Assembly (NCBI GenBank): GCA_944388765.1
Contig: CALXKA010000004.1
Span: 1-55,698 of the forward strand
Direction of reading: 5' to 3'
Source of the DNA: an uncultured Clostridia bacterium
GTDB lineage: Bacteria > Bacillota > Clostridia > TANB77 > CAG-508
Length of the DNA: 55,698 nt
Part shown: piece by piece, positions 11,359 to 21,583 of the stretch
How the letters are laid out: every line of letters begins with the position of its first letter
Position numbering within the stretch: the first letter of the stretch is position 1
The notes under the pieces: generated by a model
What the model was told of the DNA's origin: nothing
The model's input: the letters and a program-made list of their open reading frames with translations, nothing else
Database searches by the model: none
Position numbers and translations under genes: made by a program

Positions 11359-11979
11359 TTATCTGCCTTCATCTTGCTCTGTTTTTGCTTTTTCTCCTTT
11401 TTTGTCTCTAAATTTATAGTATAGGTCTTTTATGGTTTGTACAGCTTCACTTGAATATTTACCACTATTTTCTAATCTATTTACTTTTACTTGTAACCAC
11501 TTATCATAATATTCAATATAGTCGTTATTTTCTAAATAATTCAATCCCATTACTATTTTATATATTTGATTTACCCAATTTTTAGTATTTCTACTACAAC
11601 TAAATTTATGTTCAAATTTACAAAATATTCCTCTTCTAGTTTTTATAAATTGTTCTTTTTGATCTAATTGTTCTATCTTATCTTTAACTATCTGTCTTAT
11701 TTTTTGCCTTTCTTCTTCACTAAGCCTAACATCAGATCTAATTGGATCAGGTGCTAAATCAATAAATTTGTATATTTGCTCATAATTTCTAGATGATGCT
11801 TCTAACATATTTTCAAACTTTTCAGTTAATGTTGGCAATTTTTTATCATCCATCATATTTAAGTATTTTAGATTTAATTCTTTATTTGTAAAAAAAATTA
11901 TTCCTTCTAACAATTCTTCTCTATTATCTATACCATAAAAAAAGTATTGCTTAAATTCATCTTGGTTAAATTTATACAT
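11359..11979 (-). CDS. Hypothetical protein, 206 aa
   Basis: Long ORF with AAGGGG RBS, co-oriented with neighbours; no motif recognised. Confidence 0.7.
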   Translation of the reverse strand: MYKFNQDEFKQYFFYGIDNREELLEGIIFFTNKELNLKYLNMMDDKKLPTLTEKFENMLEASSRNYEQIYKFIDLAPDPIRSDVRLSEEERQKIRQIVKDKIEQLDQKEQFIKTRRGIFCKFEHKFSCSRNTKNWVNQIYKIVMGLNYLENNDYIEYYDKWLQVKVNRLENSGKYSSEAVQTIKDLYYKFRDKKGEKAKTEQDEGR

Positions 11980-11996
11980 CCTCTTTATCCCCTTTG

Positions 11997-12938
11997 TTAT
12001 TTATCAAAGTTTATCTTTTTATCAACTATATATTGTGGTCTTCCTTTTGCTTCATCATATATTCTTCCTATATATTCTGATATTACCCATAATGATAGTA
12101 GTTGAACTCCCGCAAAAAACGTTACTGCAACCATAATTGATGTCCAACCTGCTGATAAATTATTTAATTGGAAAATATATGATATTAAAGCATAAATTAA
12201 TATAATAATTGATATAACTATTGAAATTATTCCTAATGCACCTACTAATTTTATTGGTTTGTTGGAAAAACTAATTATTCCATCTGATGCAAGTTTTAAC
12301 ATTTTCTTTAATGGATATTTTGTTTTTCCTGCAAATCTTTCTTGTCTTTCATATTCATATGCTTTTTGTTTAAATCCAACCCAGCTAAATAATCCTCTTA
12401 AAAATTTATTATGTTCTGGAAGTGAGTTTATAACATCTACGACTTTTCTATCTACTAGTCTAAAATCTCCTGTGTCTTTTGGTATTTCTACATCTGATAA
12501 AGCATTTAATGTTTTATAAAACATTTTAGCTGTTAATAATTTAAATGCTGATTCACCTTTTCTAGTTTTTCTTTTTCCATATATTACTTCATTTCCTTGT
12601 TCCCATAATTCAAGCATTTTGGGTATTAATTTTGGAGGATCTTGTAAATCTGCATCTATAATTACAATTGCATCTCCTGTTACTTCTCTTAATCCTGCTG
12701 TTACTGCTGCCTGATGACCGAAGTTTCTCGAAAAAGATATAATTTTTGCTTTCTCATCTTTTTTTGAAATTTCTTCTAATATCTCTAATGTTTTGTCTTT
12801 ACTTCCATCATTAACAAATATGATTTCATAATCATATTTATCTCCTATTCCTTTTAATACTTCACTTACTTTTTCATAACATTCATTTGCCACTTCTTCT
12901 TCATAATACATTGGTATAACTATCGATACTTTTTTCAC
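11997..12938 (-). CDS. GT2 polyprenol-phosphate glycosyltransferase (GtrB/CsbB-like)
   Basis: VNDGSKD, SRNFGHQAA, DADLQDPP, TGDFRL, two C-terminal TM helices, EYIGRIY...RP. Confidence 0.92.
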   Translation of the reverse strand: MKKVSIVIPMYYEEEVANECYEKVSEVLKGIGDKYDYEIIFVNDGSKDKTLEILEEISKKDEKAKIISFSRNFGHQAAVTAGLREVTGDAIVIIDADLQDPPKLIPKMLELWEQGNEVIYGKRKTRKGESAFKLLTAKMFYKTLNALSDVEIPKDTGDFRLVDRKVVDVINSLPEHNKFLRGLFSWVGFKQKAYEYERQERFAGKTKYPLKKMLKLASDGIISFSNKPIKLVGALGIISIVISIIILIYALISYIFQLNNLSAGWTSIMVAVTFFAGVQLLSLWVISEYIGRIYDEAKGRPQYIVDKKINFDK

Positions 12939-12953
12939 TGCTATTCCTCTTTT

Positions 12954-13424
12954 CTATTTTTTCCTAAATACTATAAATTTGCTAAATATATAATTAACTA
13001 TTACTACCATTACCTGTGTCACTATTTTAGAAAAAATGTCATTAATGTTAAATACTCTTACCATTAATGCAAAAGTTCCAACATCACATAAAATTCCTGA
13101 TATTATTCTTGCTAAAAAGAAAGATACACATTCTTTTAATAATTGTCTTTTACTTTTTGTTTCACTTTCAAAGACAAATATTTTATTCGTTATATATGCA
13201 AATATAACTGAACAAAGCCAAGACAATCCACTACTTATAACTTCATCTATTCCAATTACTCTTGCAAAAATATAATATGATATAAAATTTACTAATGTTG
13301 CTAATCCTCCGAATACTAAATAGTTTACTATTTCTTTATAGTTAAAATATAATCCTTTTATAGTCTTCCAATTAATATGTTTCCAATCTATATCTTTTAA
13401 TGTTACTTTCTCTATATCATTCAT
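12954..13424 (-). CDS. GtrA-family flippase-like protein
   Basis: YLVFGGLATLVN, FAYITNKIFVF, NYIFSKFIVF; four TM helices. Confidence 0.9.
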   Translation of the reverse strand: MNDIEKVTLKDIDWKHINWKTIKGLYFNYKEIVNYLVFGGLATLVNFISYYIFARVIGIDEVISSGLSWLCSVIFAYITNKIFVFESETKSKRQLLKECVSFFLARIISGILCDVGTFALMVRVFNINDIFSKIVTQVMVVIVNYIFSKFIVFRKK

Positions 13425-13443
13425 TTTATATATTCCTTTTCCC

Positions 13444-14382
13444 TTATCTAAATAACTCCCCTAATGGATCTTCATTATGAATTCTTTTTATTGCTTCTGC
13501 AAATAATGGTGCAATAGATAACACTGTAATTTTATCTATTCTTTTTTCCTCTGGAAGTGGTACTGTATTTGTTACAACTAATTCTTTTATTGCAGAATCT
13601 TTTATTCTTTCAATTGCTGGTCCTGATAAAATCCCATGTGTACATCCTGCATATATATTTCTTGCACCAAATTTATTTAATACTTTTACAGTTTCCATCA
13701 TTGAACCTGCTGTATCTATTTCATCATCAAATATTATTGCATTTTTGTCTTTGACATCTCCTATTATTGTACTTGCAATTGCCCTATCATCATTTCCTTC
13801 TCTTCTTTTATCTACTAATGCAATTGGACATTTAAAAAATTCAGAATATTTATATGCTTTTTTTGAACTACCCGCATCTGTTGCAACTATAACCATATTA
13901 TCTAAATTTTTTTCTTTAAAATATTTTTCTAATATATATTCACCTGTTAATCTGTCACAATTAACATTAAAATATGCTTGTATTGCTGGATTATGTAAGT
14001 CACATGTTATAACTCTTGTTGCACCAGCAGCCTCTATAATTTGTGCCATTAGTTTTGCTGTGATTGGTACACGTGCTTGATCTTTTTTGTCTGATCTTGA
14101 ATAAGGAAAATATGGTAATACAACATTAATATTTTTAGCAGATGCTCTTTTTGCAGCATCTATTGTAATTAATAATTCCATTATTCTTTCATTTACTGGT
14201 GGCATTGAAGTTTGCACTATATATACATCTTTTTGCCTTACAGTTTCTAGAATTTGCACAAAATTATTATCATTTTTAAATTTCATATGATTTATTTTTC
14301 CTATTTCTATTCCTAAACAATCACATATTTCTTGTGTAAAACTTTCAGCTGTCGGACATGCAAATACTTTAATATTTTCCAT
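13444..14382 (-). CDS. prs: Ribose-phosphate pyrophosphokinase
   Basis: PYFPYSRSDKK, DLHNPAIQ, IFDDEIDTAGS, THGILSG, TNTVP. Confidence 0.93.
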   Translation of the reverse strand: MENIKVFACPTAESFTQEICDCLGIEIGKINHMKFKNDNNFVQILETVRQKDVYIVQTSMPPVNERIMELLITIDAAKRASAKNINVVLPYFPYSRSDKKDQARVPITAKLMAQIIEAAGATRVITCDLHNPAIQAYFNVNCDRLTGEYILEKYFKEKNLDNMVIVATDAGSSKKAYKYSEFFKCPIALVDKRREGNDDRAIASTIIGDVKDKNAIIFDDEIDTAGSMMETVKVLNKFGARNIYAGCTHGILSGPAIERIKDSAIKELVVTNTVPLPEEKRIDKITVLSIAPLFAEAIKRIHNEDPLGELFR

Positions 14383-14418
14383 ATATTTTTCTCCTTTTTA
14401 TTATAATTTTTTAAATTT

Positions 14419-15192
14419 TTAAAGTTCTTCTGCAAATCCCTTTTGTAGTTTTTTAAATATAAAATATCCTATAATTGTTAATACAATTGATATTCCTAAT
14501 AATATAAATAAAATTTTCATATCTGGCATTTGATGATAATAAAATATATCTCTATATGCATTTATTAAATGTGTCATTGGATTTAGTTGCATTATAACTT
14601 GTAAATTTGCTGGCAAATCTGATAATTTATACACTATTGGTGTTCCATAAAATGCTGCCATTAAAACAACACCAATAATATGTTCTAGATCTCTAAAATA
14701 TACTGTTACTGATGATACTATAAATGAAATTCCTAATAACAATACATATTGTATTAACAATATAAAAGGATATAATAAAATATATTTTGTTATACCTAAT
14801 CCTGCTCCTAATACAAATGCTAGTATTATTATTGTTGATATAACAAAATTAACAGCTCCACTTGTTACTACTGAAATTGGCAATATTTCTCTTGGGAAAT
14901 ATACCTTTTTTATAATATCTCCATTTCCAATTATAGTAAATGCTGATTGTGTAATTGCTGTCGTAAAATATGTCCATGGTATTAATGCTACACATATATA
15001 TATATGATATGTCTTATCTCCACCTGCAAGTAATGCTCCAAATATTACAGAATATACCGCTAATTGCAATAACGGATTTAAAAATGACCATAAAATTCCT
15101 AAAATAGAATTTTTGTATCTTCCTCTAATTTCCTTTTTAACATTTGTTTTTAATAGCTCTCTATAATTGTATATTTTTTGAAATATGTTCAT
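14419..15192 (-). CDS. Polysaccharide ABC exporter permease (Wzm/TagG-like)
   Basis: RYKNSILGILWSFLNP, KKVYFPRE, YFRDLEH, TPIVY, LNPM. Confidence 0.92.
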   Translation of the reverse strand: MNIFQKIYNYRELLKTNVKKEIRGRYKNSILGILWSFLNPLLQLAVYSVIFGALLAGGDKTYHIYICVALIPWTYFTTAITQSAFTIIGNGDIIKKVYFPREILPISVVTSGAVNFVISTIIILAFVLGAGLGITKYILLYPFILLIQYVLLLGISFIVSSVTVYFRDLEHIIGVVLMAAFYGTPIVYKLSDLPANLQVIMQLNPMTHLINAYRDIFYYHQMPDMKILFILLGISIVLTIIGYFIFKKLQKGFAEEL

Positions 15193-15235
15193 TATTTTTC
15201 TCCTTGATATTTTTATTTCGTTATTATTAATTCGT

Positions 15236-15982
15236 TTATGTTGTAACTCTAAGATATTCGTTTACTACTTTATCTGTATTTCCATCCATTCTAATTTTTC
15301 CATTATATAGCCAAACAGCTCTGTCACACAAATTTTTTACAGATTCCATACTATGAGTTACAAATACCATAGTTTTTCCTTCTTTTTTTAGTTCTCTCAT
15401 TTTATTAAAACATTTTTCTTGAAAATGTTGATCTCCAACTGATAAAATTTCGTCAATTAATAAAATATCTGCATCTACATTAATTGCAACAGAAAATGCT
15501 AAACGCATATACATTCCTGATGAATATGTTCTTACAGGATTATCTATAAAGTCTTTTAGTTCTGAAAATTCTATAATCTGGTCTAATCTTGCATCTATTT
15601 CTTTTTTGGTTAATCCAAATATAGATGAATTAAAATAGATATTTTCACGACCTGAAAAATCCGGATGAAAACCTGCACCTAACTCTAATAGTGATGTAAG
15701 TTTCCCATTAGTCTCAATTGTTCCTTTATTAGGAAATATTATTTGAGTCATCAATTTTAGAAGTGTTGATTTTCCACTTCCATTAACTCCTATTAATGCT
15801 ACTGTCTCACCTTTTTTTATATCTAAATTTATATCATTTAATACTTCTCTTTTTTCTCTTCTTTTATTTCTTGCGAAAAACAACATTCTTTCTTTTAAAG
15901 TATTTGCTCTATCATAATATATATTAAAACTTTTATATACATGGTCAACTTTTATTGCTATATCATTGTCATTTTCTTTCAT
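15236..15982 (-). CDS. Polysaccharide ABC exporter ATPase (Wzt/TagH-like) without C-terminal binding domain
   Basis: GVNGSGKST, LELGAGFHP, YSSGM, IDE, VTH; 248 aa. Confidence 0.93.
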   Translation of the reverse strand: MKENDNDIAIKVDHVYKSFNIYYDRANTLKERMLFFARNKRREKREVLNDINLDIKKGETVALIGVNGSGKSTLLKLMTQIIFPNKGTIETNGKLTSLLELGAGFHPDFSGRENIYFNSSIFGLTKKEIDARLDQIIEFSELKDFIDNPVRTYSSGMYMRLAFSVAINVDADILLIDEILSVGDQHFQEKCFNKMRELKKEGKTMVFVTHSMESVKNLCDRAVWLYNGKIRMDGNTDKVVNEYLRVTT

Positions 15983-16018
15983 TTTTTTGCTCCTTTTGTT
16001 TGTTTTTGTTTCGGTGTA

Positions 16019-16046
16019 ATTATATCATAAAATCTATTGTTGTCAA
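16019..16046 (-). promoter_or_regulatory. Sigma-A promoter for the wzt-wzm unit
   Basis: TTGACA-N16-TATAAT with TGn extended -10. Confidence 0.7.
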
Positions 16047-16065
16047 ATATTATGAACTTGTTTTT

Positions 16066-16947
16066 TTACTTAAATCTTTTACTTTTTAATATTCCTGGAA
16101 TATATAAAATTAAATAAATGATTCTATTTGCTAAGTTACTTATTTCTTTCAAATTCTTTTTTGATTTTGTTAAATATGAAAATAATATATAATGTTTTAT
16201 TGCATATAATCTCTTTTTTAAAGTTACACCTTTCATATTTTTTTTCAAAATTTCTTGAAAATATTTATAATATCCATTAGGGTTTTCCTTAAATTGCTTA
16301 GATATATTTTTAGTATATCCCTTTTCTTGATATTCACATTTCATAATTGGTTTATTAACGCAAATCATTTGATATTTTTCATCTATTTTATGATACATCC
16401 TTGCTTCTGTTACAAACCTTTCATTTTTTTCTAATTCATGCTTATATTGTTTTCTAATATTTGAATAAAATACTATTGCTTTTTCTCCTGTTTCTCCTTC
16501 TTTGAAGTACAAATCGAACATTGTAGTTTTTTCTTTTTTAAAATTATTTCCCATATTCTTTCCATTTTGGTCATATTTTAAAAAGCACAAACCATAAATA
16601 TTCTTTTCTTCTTTATGTTTTTCAAATTCTTCTTTAATTACTTTAAAAGCATCTTTTGTAAAATAGTCATCTGAATCACAATCTATTATTAAATCACCTG
16701 TTGCTTGTCCTACTAACTTATTTATTGCAACCATTTTTCCTTGATTTTCTTGGTAATAATATTTTATCTCTATTTCATTTTCATCTTTTAGTTTTTCTAT
16801 CACACTTTTAGTATTGTCAGTTGATCCATCATCCATTATTAGCCATTCTATATTCTGTATACATTCTTTATTTTTTAATAAACTTCTGTATACTCTTTCT
16901 AAGAAACTTGCTCTATTAAAGGTAGGTGTTAACACAGATATTTTCAT
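16066..16947 (-). CDS. GT2 glycosyltransferase
   Basis: SVLTPTFNRA, DDGSTD, NQGK, DSDD. Confidence 0.9.
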   Translation of the reverse strand: MKISVLTPTFNRASFLERVYRSLLKNKECIQNIEWLIMDDGSTDNTKSVIEKLKDENEIEIKYYYQENQGKMVAINKLVGQATGDLIIDCDSDDYFTKDAFKVIKEEFEKHKEEKNIYGLCFLKYDQNGKNMGNNFKKEKTTMFDLYFKEGETGEKAIVFYSNIRKQYKHELEKNERFVTEARMYHKIDEKYQMICVNKPIMKCEYQEKGYTKNISKQFKENPNGYYKYFQEILKKNMKGVTLKKRLYAIKHYILFSYLTKSKKNLKEISNLANRIIYLILYIPGILKSKRFK

Positions 16948-16949
16948 AC

Positions 16950-18059
16950 TTATTCTCCACTTTCTATTAATGTTATTATTTCTTTAATAATCTTTTCTCC
17001 ATTATCTATTTCTTGTTTATGATTTTCATTTTGCTTTTCTTCTTCAATTTTTTCCTTCATCACATTATATATTCCATCTTCTGTATTTTCTGTAATTATA
17101 GCTTTGTTATATCCTTCAACAGCTTCTCTTGCTGCTGTATTTGTAATTAAAATATTTTTATTTAGAATTTTAGCTTCTTCTAACACCATACCATATCCTT
17201 CAAATTTAGAAAACAGGCAAAAATATTCTATTTTTTTTATATATGGATATGGGTTTTCTTTTTTTCCTAATAAAATAAATGTATCTTCTACATTATTTTC
17301 TTTTATCAATTTCTCTAATTTTTCTTTTTCTGGTCCATCTCCTATTACATAAAAATAATGTTTTAAACCTTGTCTAATTAATTTACTATGTACTTCAATT
17401 ATTCTATTAATTCCTTTTTGCGAAACTAATCTTGCAACTGTTAAAAAATTTTTATTATTTAAATCTATTTCATTTGGTTCATACATATTTGCTTTTTTTA
17501 TAATATTATCCTTATTTATATAATTATATATTACTTTTTTATTTACTTTTATATTTGGATATGTTTTATTAAAATTGTTTAAATTTTCTTTACTTACAAA
17601 TATTAATGTTTTATATTTAGAATAGCTTTTATTATCTATTTTTCTTTTTAATTTAGCTTTAAAACCATCTCCGAATACAAAACTTATATCATTATGAATC
17701 CAAGCTATTTTATTTACTTTATCATTTTTAACACTAAACAATCTTGTAATAGGTCCTTCTAGGAAAGCTATTTCTACATCATAATTCCCTTTTATATATT
17801 TTTTATATATTTTACTTTTTCTAAATAAGAGTTTTAGAGGTATTGTTAATTTTTGAATTTTTGATAATTGTTTATATGAAACATCATATATACTTTTTAA
17901 TTTCACTTTATCATTTAATTCTTTTTCTAGTTCTCCTCCTGCATATATTGTAAAAATTGTAATATCATAATTTTTTGATAATTCATTTGCTAAATCAACT
18001 AATACTCTTTCTGCTCCACCAAGAGTTAGACCTGTTATTCCAAATATAACTTTTTTCAT
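16950..18059 (-). CDS. GT4 glycosyltransferase
   Basis: GGAERV, WIHND, VARLVSQKG, GDGPE, EGYGMVLEEA. Confidence 0.9.
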   Translation of the reverse strand: MKKVIFGITGLTLGGAERVLVDLANELSKNYDITIFTIYAGGELEKELNDKVKLKSIYDVSYKQLSKIQKLTIPLKLLFRKSKIYKKYIKGNYDVEIAFLEGPITRLFSVKNDKVNKIAWIHNDISFVFGDGFKAKLKRKIDNKSYSKYKTLIFVSKENLNNFNKTYPNIKVNKKVIYNYINKDNIIKKANMYEPNEIDLNNKNFLTVARLVSQKGINRIIEVHSKLIRQGLKHYFYVIGDGPEKEKLEKLIKENNVEDTFILLGKKENPYPYIKKIEYFCLFSKFEGYGMVLEEAKILNKNILITNTAAREAVEGYNKAIITENTEDGIYNVMKEKIEEEKQNENHKQEIDNGEKIIKEIITLIESGE

Positions 18060-19505
18060 TTATTTTCCTCTTTCTTTAATAGTTGTACCTTATTTATAAG
18101 CATTGTGTTTATTACTATTATTATCATCATTGTCGATGAATTAAAAAATGTATATCCTGCAAAAAATGATATTGCGAATACAAATCCAGAACCTATAAAT
18201 AATGTTAAGTATTCATCATCTATTTTTTTTATATTTTTAATTCCTATATATAAAGCATAAAGAAATATTGCCAAAAATGGTACAAAATATAAAATAAATC
18301 CTATTATTCCAAAATTAAATAAGAATGCTGGTATTTCCATTTCCATTACTAGCTCTCTAAAATTGTTTAAATAACCATTTCCGAATATTATTGCTAATGG
18401 ATTCTTTTGATTTTTAACTAATGATACATTATATATTAATTGTTGCATTCTTTGATCATTATTTTTCACTTCAAGCTTATTACAAATATCATATAGCTCT
18501 AAAATACTTTTTTGTTGCTCTTGCCTCATATATTCATTTGGAATATTTCCCTCATCTATATCATTTTTTATTTCTAATATACTTCCTGTAACATGTGCTT
18601 GATTATGCATGTTTTCATCTATTATATTTCCTTCAATATTTTTCAGATGCTCTCTTCTTTGAAGTGTAGTAGATCCTATTGTTATAACCACAAGTATTAC
18701 CGCACATATTCCAAAAATACATATTGCAATTACTTTTTTATTAATTTTAGCTTTTATAATTATTTTATATATTATTTCTACAAATATATATGAAACTAAA
18801 ACTGATATAAATCCATATAATCCAACTCTTGTTCCTAAAAACATTGTTAAAAATATTCCGAAGTAAGATTATAAGTGGTATTATGATTTTCCTATATTTT
18901 TTATTTCTTATTAATGGCATATATATAAATAATGACAATATTAATATTGTACCTATGCTGTTTCCTGATTCAAACCAACCTTTTTTTCCAATTCCTTCTA
19001 TATATGTTGATGATGATGTATTTGTAAGTATTGATATAAATATTGATATTATATATATTGAAATTGATATTATAACACTATTTCTTAATTTCTTTGTATT
19101 CCTATCTTTAAAAACATATATATATATAAATAAATTTAATATCATATAAGAATAATTTATAAGATATTGTGCCTCATGTGTTAAATTCCCATAACTGCTT
19201 TGAGTCCTTAAAGAATTAAATACATATAAGTGAATTATTCCATATATTAAATATATAATTCCTATTATGAAAACATTTCTTTTGAATTTTTTATTTTCTT
19301 TGAAAAATAAATATATTATGACCATTGCTGGTATTATAGGTCTTATAAATGTTGATGGTGAAATGTTTGTATTAAATGCATTTCTAAATAAAAAGCTAAC
19401 TATATCTAAAATTGGACATAATATTATAAAAGCACATAATATATTTTCTATTGTAAATTTTTTTGTTTTAACTTTTTCTTCTATTTTCATCATCATTTTC
19501 TCCAT
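18056..19505 (-). CDS. O-antigen ligase/polymerase-like (WaaL/Wzy-type) membrane protein; needs one +1 shift at in-frame CGG-A
   Basis: Two hydrophobic ORFs (GKKGWFESGNSIG; LGTRVG, FGNG, EMEIP..LFNFGIIG) join into ~482 aa through ...ILL-G-IFLTMFLGTR. Confidence 0.75.
18857..18860 (-). other. CGG-A +1 recoding site in the WaaL/Wzy-like gene
   Basis: TTA CTT CGG AAT ATT in frame 0; CTT (C)GGA ATA TTT TTA ACA ATG TTT TTA GGA ACA AGA completes a TM helix and enters the 18056..18844 frame. Confidence 0.75.
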
Positions 19506-20470
19506 CAAATTAAACTTAGTATTTTACAATATATTTTATATGTTATTTTATTTATTGTTTTTAAGTATAAATCTTTTAATGATTTATTCTTCTTTAATAT
19601 AGGATTTTTCTTCCACTCAGGAAATTTGGTGTTTACATTTTCCCATGTTCTTTTTAACAATTGTGATTTTATAGCCTTATCATTAATCTTAACCATTCTA
19701 AGTAATGATCTACAAAGCACAGTTTTTACATAAACATATTCTAATTGTTCTTTATATTCTTCATATAGATTTTTTTCTTTATAATATTTTATCACATTAT
19801 CTAATACATTAAAAATTTCTTTTGTTCGCTCATTTTGAGTATTTGAAATTGAATTTCCTCTTTGTATATAATGTATAAAAGGTTTATTTAAAATAGATAC
19901 TTTTTCAACATATGGTATCAATTTATACGTAAATTCTACATCTTCATATCTAAGACCTTTTGGAAATTTTATTTCAGGATTTTTTACTAGTATTTCTCTT
20001 TTTATTAATTTATTCCAAGCTTCAACTCTTGTTTTAACTAGCATTTCTTTTTTATTTGAATATTGTTTTAGCTCTCCTATTTTCTTTTTGTTCTTATCTG
20101 GATATTCCCAATAAAAATTACATTGCACCATATCACTATCTTCTTTTTTAGCCAATTCATACATTTCCTCATACATATTTTCTTCTACGTAATCATCTGA
20201 ATCCAAAAATGCAATATATTCTCCTTTTGCATATGGCAATCCATAATTTCTACTATCAGATAATCCGCCATTTTCTTTTTCTAAATATACTATTTTTTCT
20301 GGATATTTTTTTAAATATTTTTTAGCAATCTCAGCAGAACCATCTTTTGAGCCATCATTTACTAATATTATTTCTATATCTTTTAACGTCTGATTTACTA
20401 ATGTTTCTAAACATTTTCCAATATACATCTCTACATTATATATTGGTACTATAATACTTACTTTTGGCAT
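19505..20470 (-). CDS. GT2 glycosyltransferase
   Basis: SIIVPIYNVE, VNDGSKD, NGGLSDSRN, FLDSDD, EDVEF. Confidence 0.92.
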   Translation of the reverse strand: MPKVSIIVPIYNVEMYIGKCLETLVNQTLKDIEIILVNDGSKDGSAEIAKKYLKKYPEKIVYLEKENGGLSDSRNYGLPYAKGEYIAFLDSDDYVEENMYEEMYELAKKEDSDMVQCNFYWEYPDKNKKKIGELKQYSNKKEMLVKTRVEAWNKLIKREILVKNPEIKFPKGLRYEDVEFTYKLIPYVEKVSILNKPFIHYIQRGNSISNTQNERTKEIFNVLDNVIKYYKEKNLYEEYKEQLEYVYVKTVLCRSLLRMVKINDKAIKSQLLKRTWENVNTKFPEWKKNPILKKNKSLKDLYLKTINKITYKIYCKILSLI

Positions 20471-20474
20471 ACCT

Positions 20475-21431
20475 TTACCTCAACTTTAAATATAAATTTA
20501 TATTAAATTTTAATATTATTCTTTTTATTAATTGTTTTAAACTATATGGTTTTATATTTTTATATAATTTTCTTCTATATATCTCATTTATATATTGTTT
20601 TTTCTCTTGTCCTTTAAGTTCTTTTGTTTTCAATATTAATGTATTTGTGTAATATCTTTTTATCAATTCTTTTGATTTGTTACTTATTTCATAATTTTTA
20701 ATTACCTTTATCATATCATCATAATGACCTAGCAAATCCTTAGCCTTTTTTATTTCTTTATCATAATTTTGGTTTCTTGTTATACTATTGTCACTTTGTA
20801 GATAATAATATCCATACTCATTTGTAGAAACAAAACTTTTTGCCTTTAAAATTATTAATGAAGTTAGTCCAAAATCCTCATGATATGCTCCTACTTTATA
20901 TTTAAAATTATTAGCTTTATAAAATTCAGTTCTATATAAATAAATACAAGCTGGATCTAAAAATCTATCATTTGTGCATAATTTTTCATATCCTTCTTCA
21001 CCTTTACATTTTTCAAAAATTGGTCCATCTAACTTTTCTAAAATATTTCCTTTTTCATCTACTGTCTGCATTTTAAATTTTATTAAATCTATATTATCAT
21101 CCATAAACTGCTCTAAATGACTATATAGATTAGAATCTATATAGTCATCTGAATCTATAAATGATATATATTTTCCTGTAACATAAGGTATAGCAAAATT
21201 TCTACTATCAGATAAGCCACTATTTTCTTTTTTTAAGTACTTTATTTCTATCTCTTTTTGTTTATTTTTTTCTATCCATCTTTTTATAACAGTTTCTGAA
21301 TCATCTGTTGAGCCATCATTAACAATAATAATTTCTAAATCATTTAATTTTTGCCCTACTATTGATTCTAAACATTTTTCTATATATTTTTCTGTATTAT
21401 ATACTGGTATAACTACACTTACCTTAGGCAT
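20475..21431 (-). CDS. GT2 glycosyltransferase
   Basis: SVVIPVYNTE, VNDGSTD, GLSDSRN, FIDSDD, HEDFG. Confidence 0.92.
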   Translation of the reverse strand: MPKVSVVIPVYNTEKYIEKCLESIVGQKLNDLEIIIVNDGSTDDSETVIKRWIEKNKQKEIEIKYLKKENSGLSDSRNFAIPYVTGKYISFIDSDDYIDSNLYSHLEQFMDDNIDLIKFKMQTVDEKGNILEKLDGPIFEKCKGEEGYEKLCTNDRFLDPACIYLYRTEFYKANNFKYKVGAYHEDFGLTSLIILKAKSFVSTNEYGYYYLQSDNSITRNQNYDKEIKKAKDLLGHYDDMIKVIKNYEISNKSKELIKRYYTNTLILKTKELKGQEKKQYINEIYRRKLYKNIKPYSLKQLIKRIILKFNINLYLKLR

Positions 21432-21478
21432 TTTCTCTCCTTTTTAGTTTTCATTATTTGTTATCATATTTTAATGCA

Positions 21479-21506
21479 ATTATATCATAAATCCAATTGA
21501 TGTCAA
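21479..21506 (-). promoter_or_regulatory. Sigma-A promoter for the GT2-GT2-wzy-GT4-GT2 unit
   Basis: TTGACA-N16-TATAAT with TGn; same layout as the promoter at 16019-16046. Confidence 0.7.
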
Positions 21507-21520
21507 ACATTTTAAAAAAG

Positions 21521-21567
21521 AAAAATTGCTTCAAAAGCAATATTTTTACTACTTTTGAGCAATTTTT
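21521..21567 (-). terminator. Intrinsic terminator after the glucosaminidase-like gene
   Basis: AAAAATTGCT(T)CAAAAG ... CTTTTGAGCAATTTTT inverted repeat. Confidence 0.65.
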
Positions 21568-21583
21568 AATCATTAAATACTCC

